A DNA stretch of 63,575 nt, taken from contig NW_003314276.1 of NCBI RefSeq assembly GCF_000143415.4, forward strand, positions 319,537 through 383,111, read 5' to 3'. This stretch comes from Selaginella moellendorffii. Taxonomy: Eukaryota; Plantae; Lycopodiophyta. The first letter of the stretch is position 1; every line of letters begins with the position of its first letter. The notes under the pieces are model-generated. The model was not told the origin of the DNA. It saw only the letters and a list, made by a program, of their open reading frames with translations, and did not search any database. A program made the position numbers and the translations under genes. Of this stretch, positions 1 to 12,809 are shown one piece after another.

Positions 1-189
1 TAGGTGCTCCCCCATGACAAAACAAAGTTGTGTCCTTAAGACAAATGACTTCTTTTTCTCTGGCGAGTTATAGTGGGGTGGAATGATGCCTATAGAAAGA
101 TAGATTTATATATATCTTTTAACCAAGTGGTAGGCACAAAAATTACAAATAAGTGAGTATATACAAGTTCATTTACCTTAGTATTAGGT

Positions 190-2960
190 GGCCCTCTTGT
201 AGTGATGCAGATTAAGCAATTAGCCTATTATGGAATTTTCCAAATCTATGTACTATTTTAAGATTATATTTTTGTAATAGTAAAAACTATTTAGTTAGTT
301 GAGTAGATATATATAGCTTGTTGATGAGATATAAAAGAGCCTTATAGTCAGTAAAGACAATTACTTTTGTTGCTAAAAGATAATGCCTAAATTTTTGTAA
401 GGTTTAAATTATGTTTAAGGCTTCTTATTCAATCGTTATGTAGTTACGTTCAACAGGATTTAAACATCTACTAGCATAGTAGATAGAATGATCCTTTTGA
501 TCACTTTGTGTCTAGGACAATATTGCACCTATAGCAATATTAAAAGTATCTATCTATAAGTGAAACTCTTTTGTCCATTCGGGTTTAATAAGTATAGATG
601 CTTCTTTGAGGCATTGTTTAAGCTTTAAAAATGCTTCTTGACAAAAAAAAATTCCATATAAATGGTGTATCTTTTATTAAAAGATTATTAAGTGGCTTAA
701 CAATCTTTGCATAAGCTTTTATAAATTGCCTATGATAGCAAACTTTACTTAAAAAGAAAGAAAGACTTTTTAAGTTGTGTGGTAGAAACATTGTCTAAAT
801 CACTTGTATACAAAGATGCTCTTTCTGCATATAATATGACCTAGAAGTATGCCTGAATTTATAAAAAAATTACATTTCTCTAGATTAAAAGAAATGCTAT
901 ATTCTCTATATTTTTGGAAATATTTTTGCAAGTATATTAAATGTTCTTTTTTGGAGTTAAAAACACTAAAATCATCCATGAAAACTCTCATAATATCAGT
1001 GAGATATTATTTAAAAGTGTCCACAATAACTTTTGAAATATAAAAAGAGCACTATATATGCCAAAAGGCATTTTGCAATAGACATAAGCTCTTTATGGGT
1101 TTATAAAAGTTGTTTTGTGTTAATTTTTTAGTGTTACTTCCACCTGGCTATAGCCTGAAAATCTATCAAAAAATGAATACATTTCATGATCGACTACTGA
1201 ATCTAAAATTTTGTTTGTGATAGGAATAGGGAACATATCTATTTTTGTTGCATCATTTAGCTTTTTATAATTCACACAAACTTGTAAATTGCTATATTTC
1301 TTATGCACAATTACAAGTGGTGAAAAATATTAAGAATTTTGGATTGGATAGATGAATCCTATATGGGGAAGTTTATTAATTTCCTCCTTGATTTTACCTT
1401 AGTAAATTAGAATTCATTTTATAAAGCATCTACATTTTAGACATATTTCCCGAGTGTATTTCAATATGATGAATATGGAGCTCTGGTATGATGCTTTTTA
1501 AATCTATGAAGACTAGGCAAAAATATCCTTGTAATCTTTTAGTAGATATATGGCTTGATTGCGAAATTCACTTTGCAATCTTTGAGCAATTATAACAGTA
1601 TGCAAATTATCCTTATCTACAAAATTGATTTGCTCAAATGGTTGATCATAAGAAACATGTAAACCATAATTTTTTTATTGATCAATTTTATAAGCAGGAT
1701 CCTCCTTTAGGGAGAAATCTTTTATAGCTGTATCAATCTTTGGTCTAGGGGTTCTTGCTTAGGTACTTCTTTGAGTATTGAATAAAAATTAACTTCTAAA
1801 ATTAACTCAATTTCACGAAAAGTTTCTAAGATTTATTATTCTTGGAAATCATCTATGCCTTCTTCCCAATTATAAAATTGGGTTCAATCTCAACGTGCTT
1901 ATTTGCAGGTTGTATATCCTTAGGAGGCTTATCATTTTTGCCTGATGATTTAACTTAATTGTATAGCCTAAGATAGTGAATAAGAGTCTTTGCTTAATTA
2001 TACTTTTTTGGCATTTTATAATCTTTAGGCCTATTATAGCCTCTAGACTAATCATATTCTCTAGGTTGATTATAGTCTCTAGGCCTACGGTCCTCACGGT
2101 TAGGTGGATAATCTCAAAAATTACCCATAGCGGATAATTTCATGGTCATCTTGCCTTTTAGTATGTGGGTATTCATTTTTGGTATATTGTAATCATTCTT
2201 CCTATAATAACTTCTATTGTCAAATGGATAGCTTTACTTATGTGTTGTTTTATTAACTTGGGCTGCTTGTTGGCCTTCTAGTTGTTTACAAGATTCTACA
2301 CTCGTTATCTAAATTCCCCTCTCTTTCACAAAATTGATATTTGATTAACTAAGGTTTGCATTCTTCCTTGCTATGGCCTTTATTTTTGTATTTGGTACAC
2401 CAAATCTTTTGTTTGATATTAGTTTGTAATTTGAGGCTTCTTTGATGACTAGTTTCTTTGTCTATAGGAGTCGTCTTTTAATCTTACTTCACTATATCTA
2501 TTATGTCATATCGATTTATGAGATTTTAGTATGCAATCATGGCTTTTTTTAAGTCATCAAAATTTACATAAGCTCTTTTTATCACATTTTCATGATAAAT
2601 TTTCTTGAGGCCCTATATGTGTAGGTGTAGGCACATTTTGTCTGACACTAAGTCTTGACAATGTTTATAACGGTTGTTAAATCGAGTTGTATATTCCTCT
2701 TGATGAAAATTTTGTAACTCATCATAGTTTTTTCCTAGGTTTGTTTTTATAAAGAAAGCTTTAAAGAAAAACTTTGTCTGCTCATAAAATGTGCCAAACT
2801 TTTTGACATCATTGTTATAGTACTAGTCTTTGGCTTTGTTTTTGACCATATAGGAGGAAAGATTCTTTTCATGCACATCTACTTGATTGATTTTAATTGC
2901 TTCTGTATATTGCTCAATATGCAATTATGGGTCTTTTCCTTCAATTCTAGAAAAGGATGT
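190..2960 (-). pseudogene. Heavily decayed Ty3/gypsy gag-pol remnant (gag, RT, RNase H fragments)
   Basis: ORF fragments VCVNYKKLNDATKIDMFPIPIT...FSGYSQV (1120-1308) and RVFMDDFSVF...EKCNF (800-991) are RT motifs. A gag-like stretch FSRIEGKDP*LHIEQY...KAKD*YY lies at about 2820-2955. Many stops, AT-rich. Boundaries approximate. Confidence 0.8.
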
Positions 2961-4147
2961 ATATGTGATGATGATGTATATTGCTGTTCCTACAATTGCC
3001 ATTATGCTCATTGCAATTTGACAGAAAATACTCTATTTTGCAATTAATATAAGCCAAACAGATGTTTGGTTATAAGGGAACTTGGATCATAGCCAAAGGG
3101 TAATAGCTGAAGTAGAGGTGTTTTCTATATGCTGATGCTACAAAGGAGGAGTAGTGTATGGATTCATGTATTTTGAATGACCATTAAAGTCGTATTAAGA
3201 TTTTTGATCTCCTCTTCATTGAGATGTACCTAATATGCTTTCAATTTTCTCTCTTTTAAGCTTTTCTTTAGTTTGATTGAGTAATAATTTAGTTTGTTCT
3301 ATAAGGAGGTTAAGATTGTGAATATCACGAGCAAGTGCTCTGTAATCTCGTTTTAGATCTTGTAAATACTTCTTTTCAAACTACCTTTTGTTCACCAAAT
3401 AGTGAGGGAAATGTTATATATCTATTACTTTGTTTAGTATAAACAATAACAATTTTATACATAAGGACTATGCCAACTAACCTTTATAAATAAAATCAAT
3501 TGTTGGTTTATACTTATATATTTCGAGGTCTATTGGCATTGCTATTATGGTAAGCCTAGCTATTATACATCATTTATGGAGTGGAACAAGGTTTTGGTAT
3601 CCAATGTATTCCCCTTGTAAATTGGTATATTAGTCACTCTTAGGAGCAAGCACCTAGTCCTAATCAATTTCAAAATGAAGATGGCTTTCCTCTAGAGGCC
3701 AAATATCTAGGATATTTTTTATATAAAAGTCCCATAAATTTCTTGAGCAACAAATGTTATTTTTCATAGCATATCAATCTTATTAAGATGTAGTCCATCT
3801 TAAGAGATTTTTACTCTATAAAATTTTGTTGCTTATCAATCCAAATTTGGAATTTATCCAACATCTATTAGCCCAATTATCAGCAAGTGTATTTCTGCCT
3901 ATAGCTTTATTATGAACCGTTAAAGTTCCCACAATAGCTTCTTTGCCTATGATTGCATAGAATTTTAGCAATTGTCTAGTTGGTAGAATTTTATAAATCC
4001 TTTATAGGTTATAATACTCAAGATTTATATTTAGCTCGGATAGGCAATCTATCTCTATGTATAGGAAGAATCCTGGTATTATTTTCTTTTTATACAAATA
4101 ACTCCACAAATATAAATTTCACTTACACTATGTACATATAAAGTAAT

Positions 4148-4486
4148 TGTAAGCGACGAAATTTTCCATTCTACTTTAGTCACTTAACCACACCTTTGAC
4201 CACTTGGAGGAGTCTCATTCACAACCTCCTTAAGTCCAATTCAGGACTTGGGACTTGCTAGTCCCGAGAATGGCATCCATGCCACTCATCCCTTGCACTT
4301 GGTCCAAGTGTTCCACGTGTCCAGTCCCAAGACCAACACCCAAAGGTACCACTAACATATCGGCCCGTTACGCTAAGGCCATGCCCATTCACCTTTGTCA
4401 CACTAGTGGTCCAATACCACTTGCATCACAATCCCGTCTCTCGAAGACTAGGCCGTCTGTCCACGAATGGTCATCCCAGATCCACT
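4148..4486 (-). repeat. Truncated 3' LTR of the family A element
   Basis: Matches about 11138-11476 up to CCCAGATCCACT, then joins unrelated sequence. Confidence 0.85.
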
Positions 4487-4765
4487 ATGTGTTTCACAAC
4501 TCCACCACCCATAAACAAAGTTCGATGTCCTCATCGAACGATAAACCGTTTTATAAAGTAACACTAGTATGTATTACCTTCTCCATCTTTGGCACTTAGC
4601 CAATATTCGTCAACAGTTTAACACTGAAGGCTCGTCATGCCTTTGTAAGCAACCAAAGGGAACGACTCGAGAGACGATCCATAGGGGTTCAAATATAGAG
4701 GGAAAGGGCCCATGAACAAGAGTGCACCCCCTTTTCCAATCGGTTAAGGGTCTTGGGATATTTGG

Positions 4766-4821
4766 GGTTAAGCGTCCTTGGGTTTGAATAGTACTGGGAT
4801 GGGTGACCTCCTGGGAAGTCC
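4766..4821 (+). promoter_or_regulatory. 5S rRNA-derived Pol III internal promoter (box A, IE, box C) in Cassandra LTR
   Basis: GGTTAAGCGTCCTTGGGTTTGAATAGTACTGGGATGGGTGACCTCCTGGGAAGTCC closely resembles plant 5S AGTTAAGCGTGCTTGGGCGAGAGTAGTACTAGGATGGGTGACCTCCTGGGAAGTCC (5S recalled from memory). Confidence 0.9.
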
Positions 4822-5127
4822 AAACTCAGGAGGTTACATTTGGTATTAGAGGGGTCTCGGGTCCGACTCTGTTGGTTGGCTAGGGGAATCACACCACATG
4901 TTGATTGACATCTGGCTGGTCCAGTTTGCTCCCGCTGGGCTCGACCTGAGGGGTAGGGTGTCAAGAGAGCGGGGCTCTCGGGAGAGCTGCGGCTCTCAGC
5001 TTCCGTTCACGAGGGCGTGAACTTGCAGGGAAGTGTGGTGGATTGTAAGCAACCAAAGGGAACGACTCGAGAGACGATCCATAGGGGTTCAAATATAGAG
5101 GGAAAGGGCCCATGAACAAGAGTGCAC

Positions 5128-7022
5128 TGTGAGACACAAAATCCCTAGGCCCCAAAGTGGAGCCGGAAGGGCGCCACATGGTAGTGGCCGAAGCGAGAGC
5201 CAAAAGAGCGTAACACGTTTGGACCAAAAGCTCCGACTTGAAAAGTCAAGAGCGGGAGTGGAACTCCCAACGAAGTGCTCGAGGAACGAGCACGAAGCGA
5301 GCAAAAGGCAAGGCTCCAAAAAGGGACCCAAAAGGACCAACACATGACACGTGGGAGTGTCCGAAATGGACTCGAGTTGGAGTCCGAAGTGGAGTCCGAG
5401 ATGGACTCGAGTTGGAGTCCGAAGTGGAGTCCGAGATGGACTCGAGTTGGAGTCTGAAGTGGAGTCCGAGATGGACCCGAGTTGGAGTCCGAAGTGGAGT
5501 CCGAGATGGACCCGAGATGGAGTCCGAGGTGGACCCGAGATGGACCCGAGTTGGAGTCCGAAGTGGAGTCCGAGATGGACCCGAGATGGAGTCCGAGATG
5601 GGACCCGAGATGGAGTCCGAGGTGGACCCGAGATGGACCCGAGTTGGAGTCCGAAGTGGAGTCCGAGATGGACCCGAGATGGAGTCCGAGGTGGACCCGA
5701 GATGGACCCGAAATGGAGTCCGAGATGGAGTCCGAGATGGAGTCCGAGATGGACCCCGAGATGGAGTCCGAGATGGAGTCCGAGATGGACCCAAGATGGA
5801 CCCGAGATGGACCCGAGATGGAGTCCGAGATGGAGTCCGAGATGGAGTCCGAGATGGAGTCCGAAGTCGAGACCGAGACCGCGACCGAGACCGGGACCGA
5901 GATCGGGACCGAGACCGAGACCGAGGCCGAGGCCGAGACCGAGCCCGAGCCCGAGTCCGAGTCCGAATCCGAGTCCGAGTCCGAGTCCGAGTCCGAGTCC
6001 GAGTTCGAGTCCGAGTCCGGAGCCTGAGAGGGTGAAAGCCCAAAGCGTTCGTCTCCCAGACCCTGGGGGGTTTGGTGAGCCCCAAAAGTATAGTAGGGGG
6101 AGGACTGCAGTGGAGCCAGTTTGGCCAGGAAAGGCTAGTTTGGCCCAGGAAGGCCAGACCCAGTGTTGGGTGATGAGCTGCCCACTGGGAAGTCCAAGAC
6201 TAGAGTGAACACAGACCGACAAGGGGGGTAGCTTGGTGAAGTGTTCAAGAGCCGGCTCTAGTTCCCCCGGGAGATCGACTGGCCGATGCTCCCAGTCCAA
6301 GTGTGGGTGGCACTACCTACTTGGATACCTGGTGTGGCTCAACGGAACCCGCTCTAAGCCCATGGCTAGAGCACCTAAAGGCGATAGGTGGGAAGAGTAC
6401 CCAGGTGGCTCGCGTAAGGCCACGGTGTTCCGAAATGTTGTCCCAAAGGCCCAGACTGTGGAAAGGAAGAGGAACAGTCCTCTGGGGTAGTGACCAAGGA
6501 CACAGTCATGTGGTGAGGAAGTCCCAGAGGACCGTGGGACTTAGTGGTCGGGCCTGTGGGCCTCGATCCAGTGGCAGTGTTGGCAAACACGGCCAGGGGC
6601 AGAAAGGGACTTGGTAGGAACTGACAAAGGGACTTTGGGGAAGGCAATTCCCCAGGTCTGTGGGCATCCTAAGGATGCTAAGGAGTGGATCTAGGATGAC
6701 CACTCGTGGACACATGGCCCAGTCTTGGAGAGACGAGGTGGTGATGCAAGTGGTGTTGAACCACTAGTGCAGCAAAGGTGAATGGGCATGGCCTTAGCGT
6801 AACGGGCCGAGATGTCAGTGGTACCTTTGGGTGTCAGTCTCAGGACCGGACACGTGGAGCACTTGGACCAGGTGCAAGTGTGGAGTGGCATGGATGCCCT
6901 TCTTGGGGGTAGCAAGTCCCAAGTCCTGAATTGGACTGATGGAGGTTGTGAATGAGACTCCTCCAAGTGGTCGGAGGTGTGGTTAAGTGACTAAAGTAGA
7001 ATGGAAAATTTAGTCGCTTACA
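5128..7022 (+). mobile_element. Solo LTR of family A (1895 bp)
   Basis: TGTGAGAC...GTCGCTTACA with perfect TSD TGCAC at 5123-5127 and 7023-7027. Reverse-complement homolog of 11138-12809. Confidence 0.93.
5355..6020 (+). repeat. Compound 11/12-mer (GGAGTCCGAGAT / GGACCCGAGAT) and hexamer (CCGAGA / CCGAGT) micro-repeat inside family A LTR
   Basis: Directly visible. Produces low-complexity ORFs in nearly all frames. Confidence 0.95.
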
Positions 7023-7105
7023 TGCACCCCCTTTTCCAATCGGTTAAGGGTCTTGGGATGTTTGGGGTTAAGCGTCCTTGGGTTTGAATAGTACTGGGAT
7101 GGGTG

Positions 7106-7265
7106 ACCTCCCGGGAAGTCCAAACTCAGGAGCTTACAGCCTTGTCCAACCTCTAAGGAGCATAGTGTTTCCAACATAGAGACTCACCTCCCGGGAAGTC
7201 CAAACTCAGGAGCTTACAGCCTTGTCCAACCTCTAAGGAGCATAGTGTTTCCAACATAGAGACTC
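7106..7265 (+). repeat. 80-bp tandem duplication spanning the Cassandra 3' junction
   Basis: ACCTCCCGGGAAG...CATAGAGACTC is present twice back to back. Confidence 0.9.
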
Positions 7266-10200
7266 ATTTGACCATCTTAGATGGTTCTCTCCCTTTTATT
7301 GGGTTTGCTCTCGCTAAACCCATTAGAGACACCTTCTTTAGCTCAATCCCACTACTCATTCTCGAGTAGTCCCAACTTCTATTGACATAACCAATTCACT
7401 TTGGAACTTTTAATTTCGACTTCTCGAAGTTGATTTCTTTGGTGTCTTTGACACCTTTCACTGCACATATTGTGCAACTTCACTTCCCATCCTAGGAAGC
7501 TCCCCACTTGAGGGTGCCATCGTCCTCCTTTCTATTTTATGCCACTTTTGGCACCAAGTTCCAACCATCATAAGTTGTGCTAAAGCTATCCACAGCCCTA
7601 TCCTTTGGCTACTTCACCACTCCCTCCCTTGGAGCTTTCACATTTGCCAACTTGGAGTATTTGGGAATCCATCATTGGAAGCACACTTCCTTTCTCACAA
7701 TCCATTAGCATCCAACACATTAGTGTTCCATGCTTAACTTTGCTATTTGGATTCCTTTTAATGAACTCCATGGCCCACACTTGGCCACTAGTCTTTTGCT
7801 TTTATCCATTGATTGTTGCACTGAGCAACATAGGATCACTACCTCCATTCTCGAGGTATCCTTTTGGTTCTATAGCAAAGGCTCTACTTTGTTAAGTCCA
7901 GCGGGTGCTCACCCCTAGTAGGTCTCTTTAGCAATTTCTACTACGGGCTTCGTCTACGGCCCAACTTTGCGACCCTCGTATAGGTCTCTCCCCGAGGCTA
8001 CTTTCTTGGATTTACTATACCATCGTATTGGCACAACTGATTTCCCTTTAGGTGTCCTTCCCACTTGGTCACCTCGACCAAGCCACACCATTATCAATAG
8101 TTCAAATCAACACTTTAAACTGGGAATCATATTCCTTAACCCAAACAAAGACCTTGTCTTTGTTTAGCCACAAGATCATCTGGTGATCTCATCTTGACCC
8201 CTTAACAGGTTTACCACTAGGAACTAGGTCTTCTAGACCCTTTTAAATTGTTGACTATGACCTCAGGGGCATCCCCCACACTTGGCGGTGTGCCTAAGCC
8301 AGCCCTTCTAGCCAAGGATCCATAGCAATTGAGACTGAGTGTCCCCATCTCATTCACCACGTCCTTGGTGCCTTTTGCACCAAAGTGTTCAAGTTAGATA
8401 TGCCGAGCTTTCACTTTAAACAATCTAACCATGCATCACGACTCCAGGGCATCCCCCACTTGGCGGTGTGCCCAAGCCAATCTCCTCATTGAGAGTCCAT
8501 GACCACCGAAATATAAGTGTCCTCCTATTCCAAACCATCACCGCGCCCTAGTGATTTGGGACTCGAACCCAAGCACTAGAGGGTTGGGACTCAAACCTAA
8601 CCTCCGCATATGCATTTACAGATGGCATCACACAGGATGCCTGGCGTGACTCCCCACGCCAGTGCACCAATATGTACTTAAAGCGTGCTATAGATCACAG
8701 CTTAGGAACCTAGTTCCTCCGCACTCCCAAGTCTTCTCACTTGACAAGTCTGTGATCATGCATGGACTCCTCTATGCTTGGCCCCATGGGCCACCCCTTT
8801 TGAAGTTAGCACCTTCAACTAAGGGATTTGTTCCCTTGACTTGCCACACTTGCTTAACAAGTCATCCGAATGTAACATGGTTTTATGCATAAGCATGAAG
8901 GTCTTTGACCATCGACTTTTGTTCAAAGTTATCCCTTTAAACACTTGGGAACTACTTCCCAAACCTTGGTAGCATTGCCTTAGGGCAAGCTTCAAGACCA
9001 TGCTTTTGCTGTGCCACTCTGATTTCGCGCATTCTATGAATTATTTACACTTGGCTTTCTAGGTACTATACTACCTAGAATTGTCTTTGGGAACCTTGAA
9101 GGAACTCTGTCCCTTAGCTTGCTAAGGCCTCTCCTTTCGCAAGCTTTCCAATTGCCATATGGTCTAGCATAGACAATTTCATGCTTTAAACTCTTCATGG
9201 CACCACGGTTGCTAGTAACAACATGCTCGAGCGCCCACTTGATTCTCCACTCCCAACTGACATAACCACCCTTCGTTATGCTCTTCGATTCCTATGGTTT
9301 GGTTCCATCCCCTTACTACTTGTTTTTGGCCTCACACATTTCCTTCAGTTATTTGCCTCCAAACTAAGAGGATAGTTTTGCACTTTTTACCATGCCTTAG
9401 CAAGTATCCTTGGGGATGAACCTACCCGACAGCCTAGGGAATGGTTCCTTAATCTGGGTATGCTCACCTTATAATCCCACACACCAGGATTAACATTACT
9501 ACATATGGGCCTTTATATGCCCATCACTAGCCTTGCCAAAATTCCATTTTTGGTTTTATCCGAATCGGATAAACGGATTTCTTCTGTCTTTGCAACCTTG
9601 GACATTTGGATAGCACCTTCTATCCATCATTCGCTAGGGACTTAATCCCTTAAGCCTTATCTATTGCCCTTGCGACATCAAACACCACCTTCTAGTGTTC
9701 TAGAGTGTTTGGGTGTCTCAAATGATGGCCTCTTAGACAATGAGCATTCCTTTTTACGATATTGACTTACTATATTGCAACATAAGCAATTTATTCCCCA
9801 TATGGGTATATCTAACTTCCTTATGCCATTAAGAAGTCTTGGGTAGCTACCTTCTACCAGTTTAACCAATTATCTTACACTTTTTGCTTAGTTGCCTCAT
9901 AGTTGTCAAGTCCTGCAACTCATTGTTGGTGCTTTCACACCTCCATCATTTTTTTGGTCACCACACTCTACCACATGCCTTCCAGCTTAGGCTATGCCAT
10001 TCCCATTTCCGTTGGGATTCCCTTGGCAAGGGGTTTTTATGAACCCACCAACATAACCTCAAGGTATCACACTTTGGCACATTTGGTGTCTCCACACCAT
10101 TGGCCCCACGAGCCTATCCTTATGACACTACCTATTAGTGTCTAGGTCTTCGCCAAGACCAATATGGTTGTTCCTCATGCTAACTATCCGTTAGCACCGC

Positions 10201-11122
10201 ACCATAGTGTTTGCACCCAACTCTAGGCCAAAGTTGATTTCTTCTGGGAACATCTTTCCCACAGCTTTAGTATAGCACATTCTACCATCAATGAGATATC
10301 TACTGTTCTCATACTTGGATCTTATAATCCTCCCCATACCTCACGGGGCACCTTACACGTCAGTCCAAATGCTTTAACCAATCCCTTAGAACCATTCCCT
10401 AACTCCACTTGAGTCATCCAGCATTTTGGACTTTGCTAATCCAACAATCTGCGAGGTCTTAATCTTCGAGATGCCAACTCGCTAGAATACAACTTGTTGT
10501 ATTCATGTCCTACTCACAAGGACCATCTTTGCAAATGTTACTCCGACACTTGATGATTTTCTTGGGGCTAACCTTTACCCCTTAGGACTACTTGTCCATG
10601 TGATGAGAATAGCAACTCATCTTTAAGTACACCCATAACTCATTGGGATGTTCTAGCATTTATTAAAGGTAGCCCCAACCACCATTTCAAAGACTCGTGT
10701 CCTCATCTGTATTTGACCTTTCACGATCATTTATTCTGGTCTCAATTTCATAAGCACCAGCCTCACTATATGAGGTTAATCTTGTGACTCCTTTATTGTT
10801 TTGGAGTCTGCATCTTTTCTGTGATCCAAAATATAGTTGTTTACCACAACTATGTTAGCCCGTTTGCTACGTCAAACGTTCATCTAGATCACATCTTCAC
10901 TCAATGAGGAAAGCTTTACACTGTTCCCAAAATCCCAAAGTCGTTCCCTTACTGGCCCTTTTCCATCCACCACATCGTGCACAAGTTCATGCATGAACTT
11001 GAGTGGAGAGCCATGTCCTCTCGACATGCTACTTCTCGAGGATAGGTCCATATTTAGGAACTTCCAATTCCAATACAAGTGGTGATATACTTGGCCACCA
11101 ATAAGAGTCGGACTAAGGAACA

Positions 11123-11134
11123 GCTCTGATACCA
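11123..11134 (-). promoter_or_regulatory. Primer binding site for tRNA-iMet
   Basis: TGGTATCAGAGC on the minus strand, 3 nt after the LTR end. Confidence 0.9.
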
Positions 11135-11137
11135 AAT

Positions 11138-12809
11138 TGTAAGCGACTAAATTTTCCATTCTACTTTAGTCACTTAACCACACCTCTAACCACTTGGAGG
11201 AGTCTCATTCACAACCTCCTTAAGTCCAATTCAGGACTTGGGACTTGCTAGTCCCAAGAATGGCATCCATGCCACTCATCCCTTGCACTTGGTCCAAGTG
11301 CTCCACGTGTCCAGTCCCAAGACCAACACCCAAAGGTACCAATGACATATCAGCCCATTACACTAAGGCCATGCCCATTCACCTTTGTCACATTGGTGGT
11401 CCAATACCACTTGCATCATAATCCTGTCTCTCCAAGACTGGGCCATCTGTCCAAGAATAGTCATCCCAGATCCACTCTTTAGCATCCTTAAGATGCCCAC
11501 AAACATGGGGAATAGCATTCCCCAACATCCCTTTGTTAGTTCCTACCAAGTCCCTTTTCCGTCCATGGCCATGTTCACCAACATTGCCACTAGATCAAGG
11601 CCTGCAGGCATGGCCACTATGTCCCATTGTCCTCTGGGACTTCCTCACCATGTGACCGTATCCGTAGTCACTAGACTAGAGGACTACTCCTCTTCCTTTC
11701 CCCCATTTGGGACTTTGGGATAATATTTCGGAACACCGTGGGCCTACGCGAGCCCCGTGGGTACTCTCCCCACCTTACGCCTTTAGGTGCTCTAGCCATG
11801 GGCTTAGAGCGAGGTTCCGTTGAGCCACACTACGTATCCAAGTAGGTAGTGCCACCCACACTTGAACTGAGAGCATCGGCCAGTTGATCTCCCAGGGGAA
11901 CTAGAGTCGGGTCTTGAACACTTCACCAAGCTACCCCGCTTGTCAGTCCATATTCACTCTAGTCTTGAACTTCCCAGTGGTCAGTTCATCACCCAACACT
12001 GGGTCTGACCTTCCTGGGCCAAACTGGCCTTTCCTGGCCAAACTGGCCTTTCTTAGCCAAACTAGCTCCACTGCATTCCTCCCCCCTTACTATACTTTTG
12101 GAGCTCACCAAACCCCTCAGGGTCTGGGAGATGAACGCTTTGGGCTTTCACCCTCTCAGACTCGGACTTGAACTCGGACTCGGACTCAGGCTCGGGCTCG
12201 GTCTCGGGCTTGGCCTCTGTCTTGGTCTCGGTCCCGGTCTCAGTCTCGGTCTCAGTCCCGGTCTCAGTCTTGGTCTCAGTCCCAGTCTCGGTCTCAATCC
12301 CGGTCTCAGTCCTAGTCTCGGTCTCGACCTTGGACTCCATCTCGGGTCCTTCTCGGACTCCATCTCGGATTCCATCTCAGGTCCATCTCGGACTCCATCT
12401 CGGTCCATCTCAGACTCCATCTTGGGTCCATCTCGGACTCCATCTCGGGTCCATCTTAGACCCCATCTCAGGTCCATCTCGAACTCTATCTCGGACTCCA
12501 TCTCGGGTCCATCTTAGACTCCATCTCGGGTCCTTCTTGGACTTCATCTCGGACTCCACCTCAAACTCCATCTCGGACTCTTCCATGTGTCATGTGTTGG
12601 TCCTTTTGGGTCCCTTTTTGGAGCTTCGCTTATTGCTCGCTCCATGCTCGTTCCTTGAGCACTCCGTTGGGAGTTCCACTCCTGCTCTTGACCTTTCAAG
12701 TCGAAGCCTTTTAGTCCAAACGTGTTACGCTCATTTGGCTTTTGCTTTGGCCACTACCACGTGGCACCCTTTTGGCTCCACTTTGGGGCTTAGGGATTTA
12801 TGTCTCACA
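11138..12809 (-). repeat. 5' LTR of the family A element (~1.67 kb)
   Basis: TG...CA termini, homology to 5128-7022, adjacent PBS. Confidence 0.9.

Larger units (their letters stand above)
4644..7138 (+). mobile_element. Cassandra TRIM (195-bp LTRs with 5S-derived boxes), 3' LTR split by a solo LTR
   Basis: LTR1 at 4644-4838, PBS TGGTATTAGAG, ~205-bp internal region, LTR2 at 5044-5127 plus 7028-7138. Perfect TSD GCCTT at 4639-4643 and 7139-7143. Confidence 0.93.
4148..12809 (-). mobile_element. Non-autonomous LARD-like LTR element, family A, with truncated 3' LTR and nested insertions
   Basis: 5' LTR at 12809-11138 (TG...CA) is followed by an iMet PBS. The 3' LTR survives only as 4148-4486. 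Flanks GTAAT/ATAAT form a near-identical 5-bp TSD. The internal region has no recognisable ORF. Confidence 0.8.

Noticed and set aside
3400-4147. Possible LINE remnant (IHRDRLPIR-like peptide on the minus strand)
   Set aside because: Too degraded to support an assignment by eye.
4766-4821. Functional 5S rRNA gene
   Set aside because: Only the ~55-bp internal promoter part is present, embedded in Cassandra LTRs, with no full 120-nt gene.
5089-6300. Long 180-403 aa ORFs (SR-, RD-, GL-rich); also 12062-12851 and 51030-51546
   Set aside because: They are translations of the LTR micro-repeat, open in several frames on both strands and not conserved between LTR copies.
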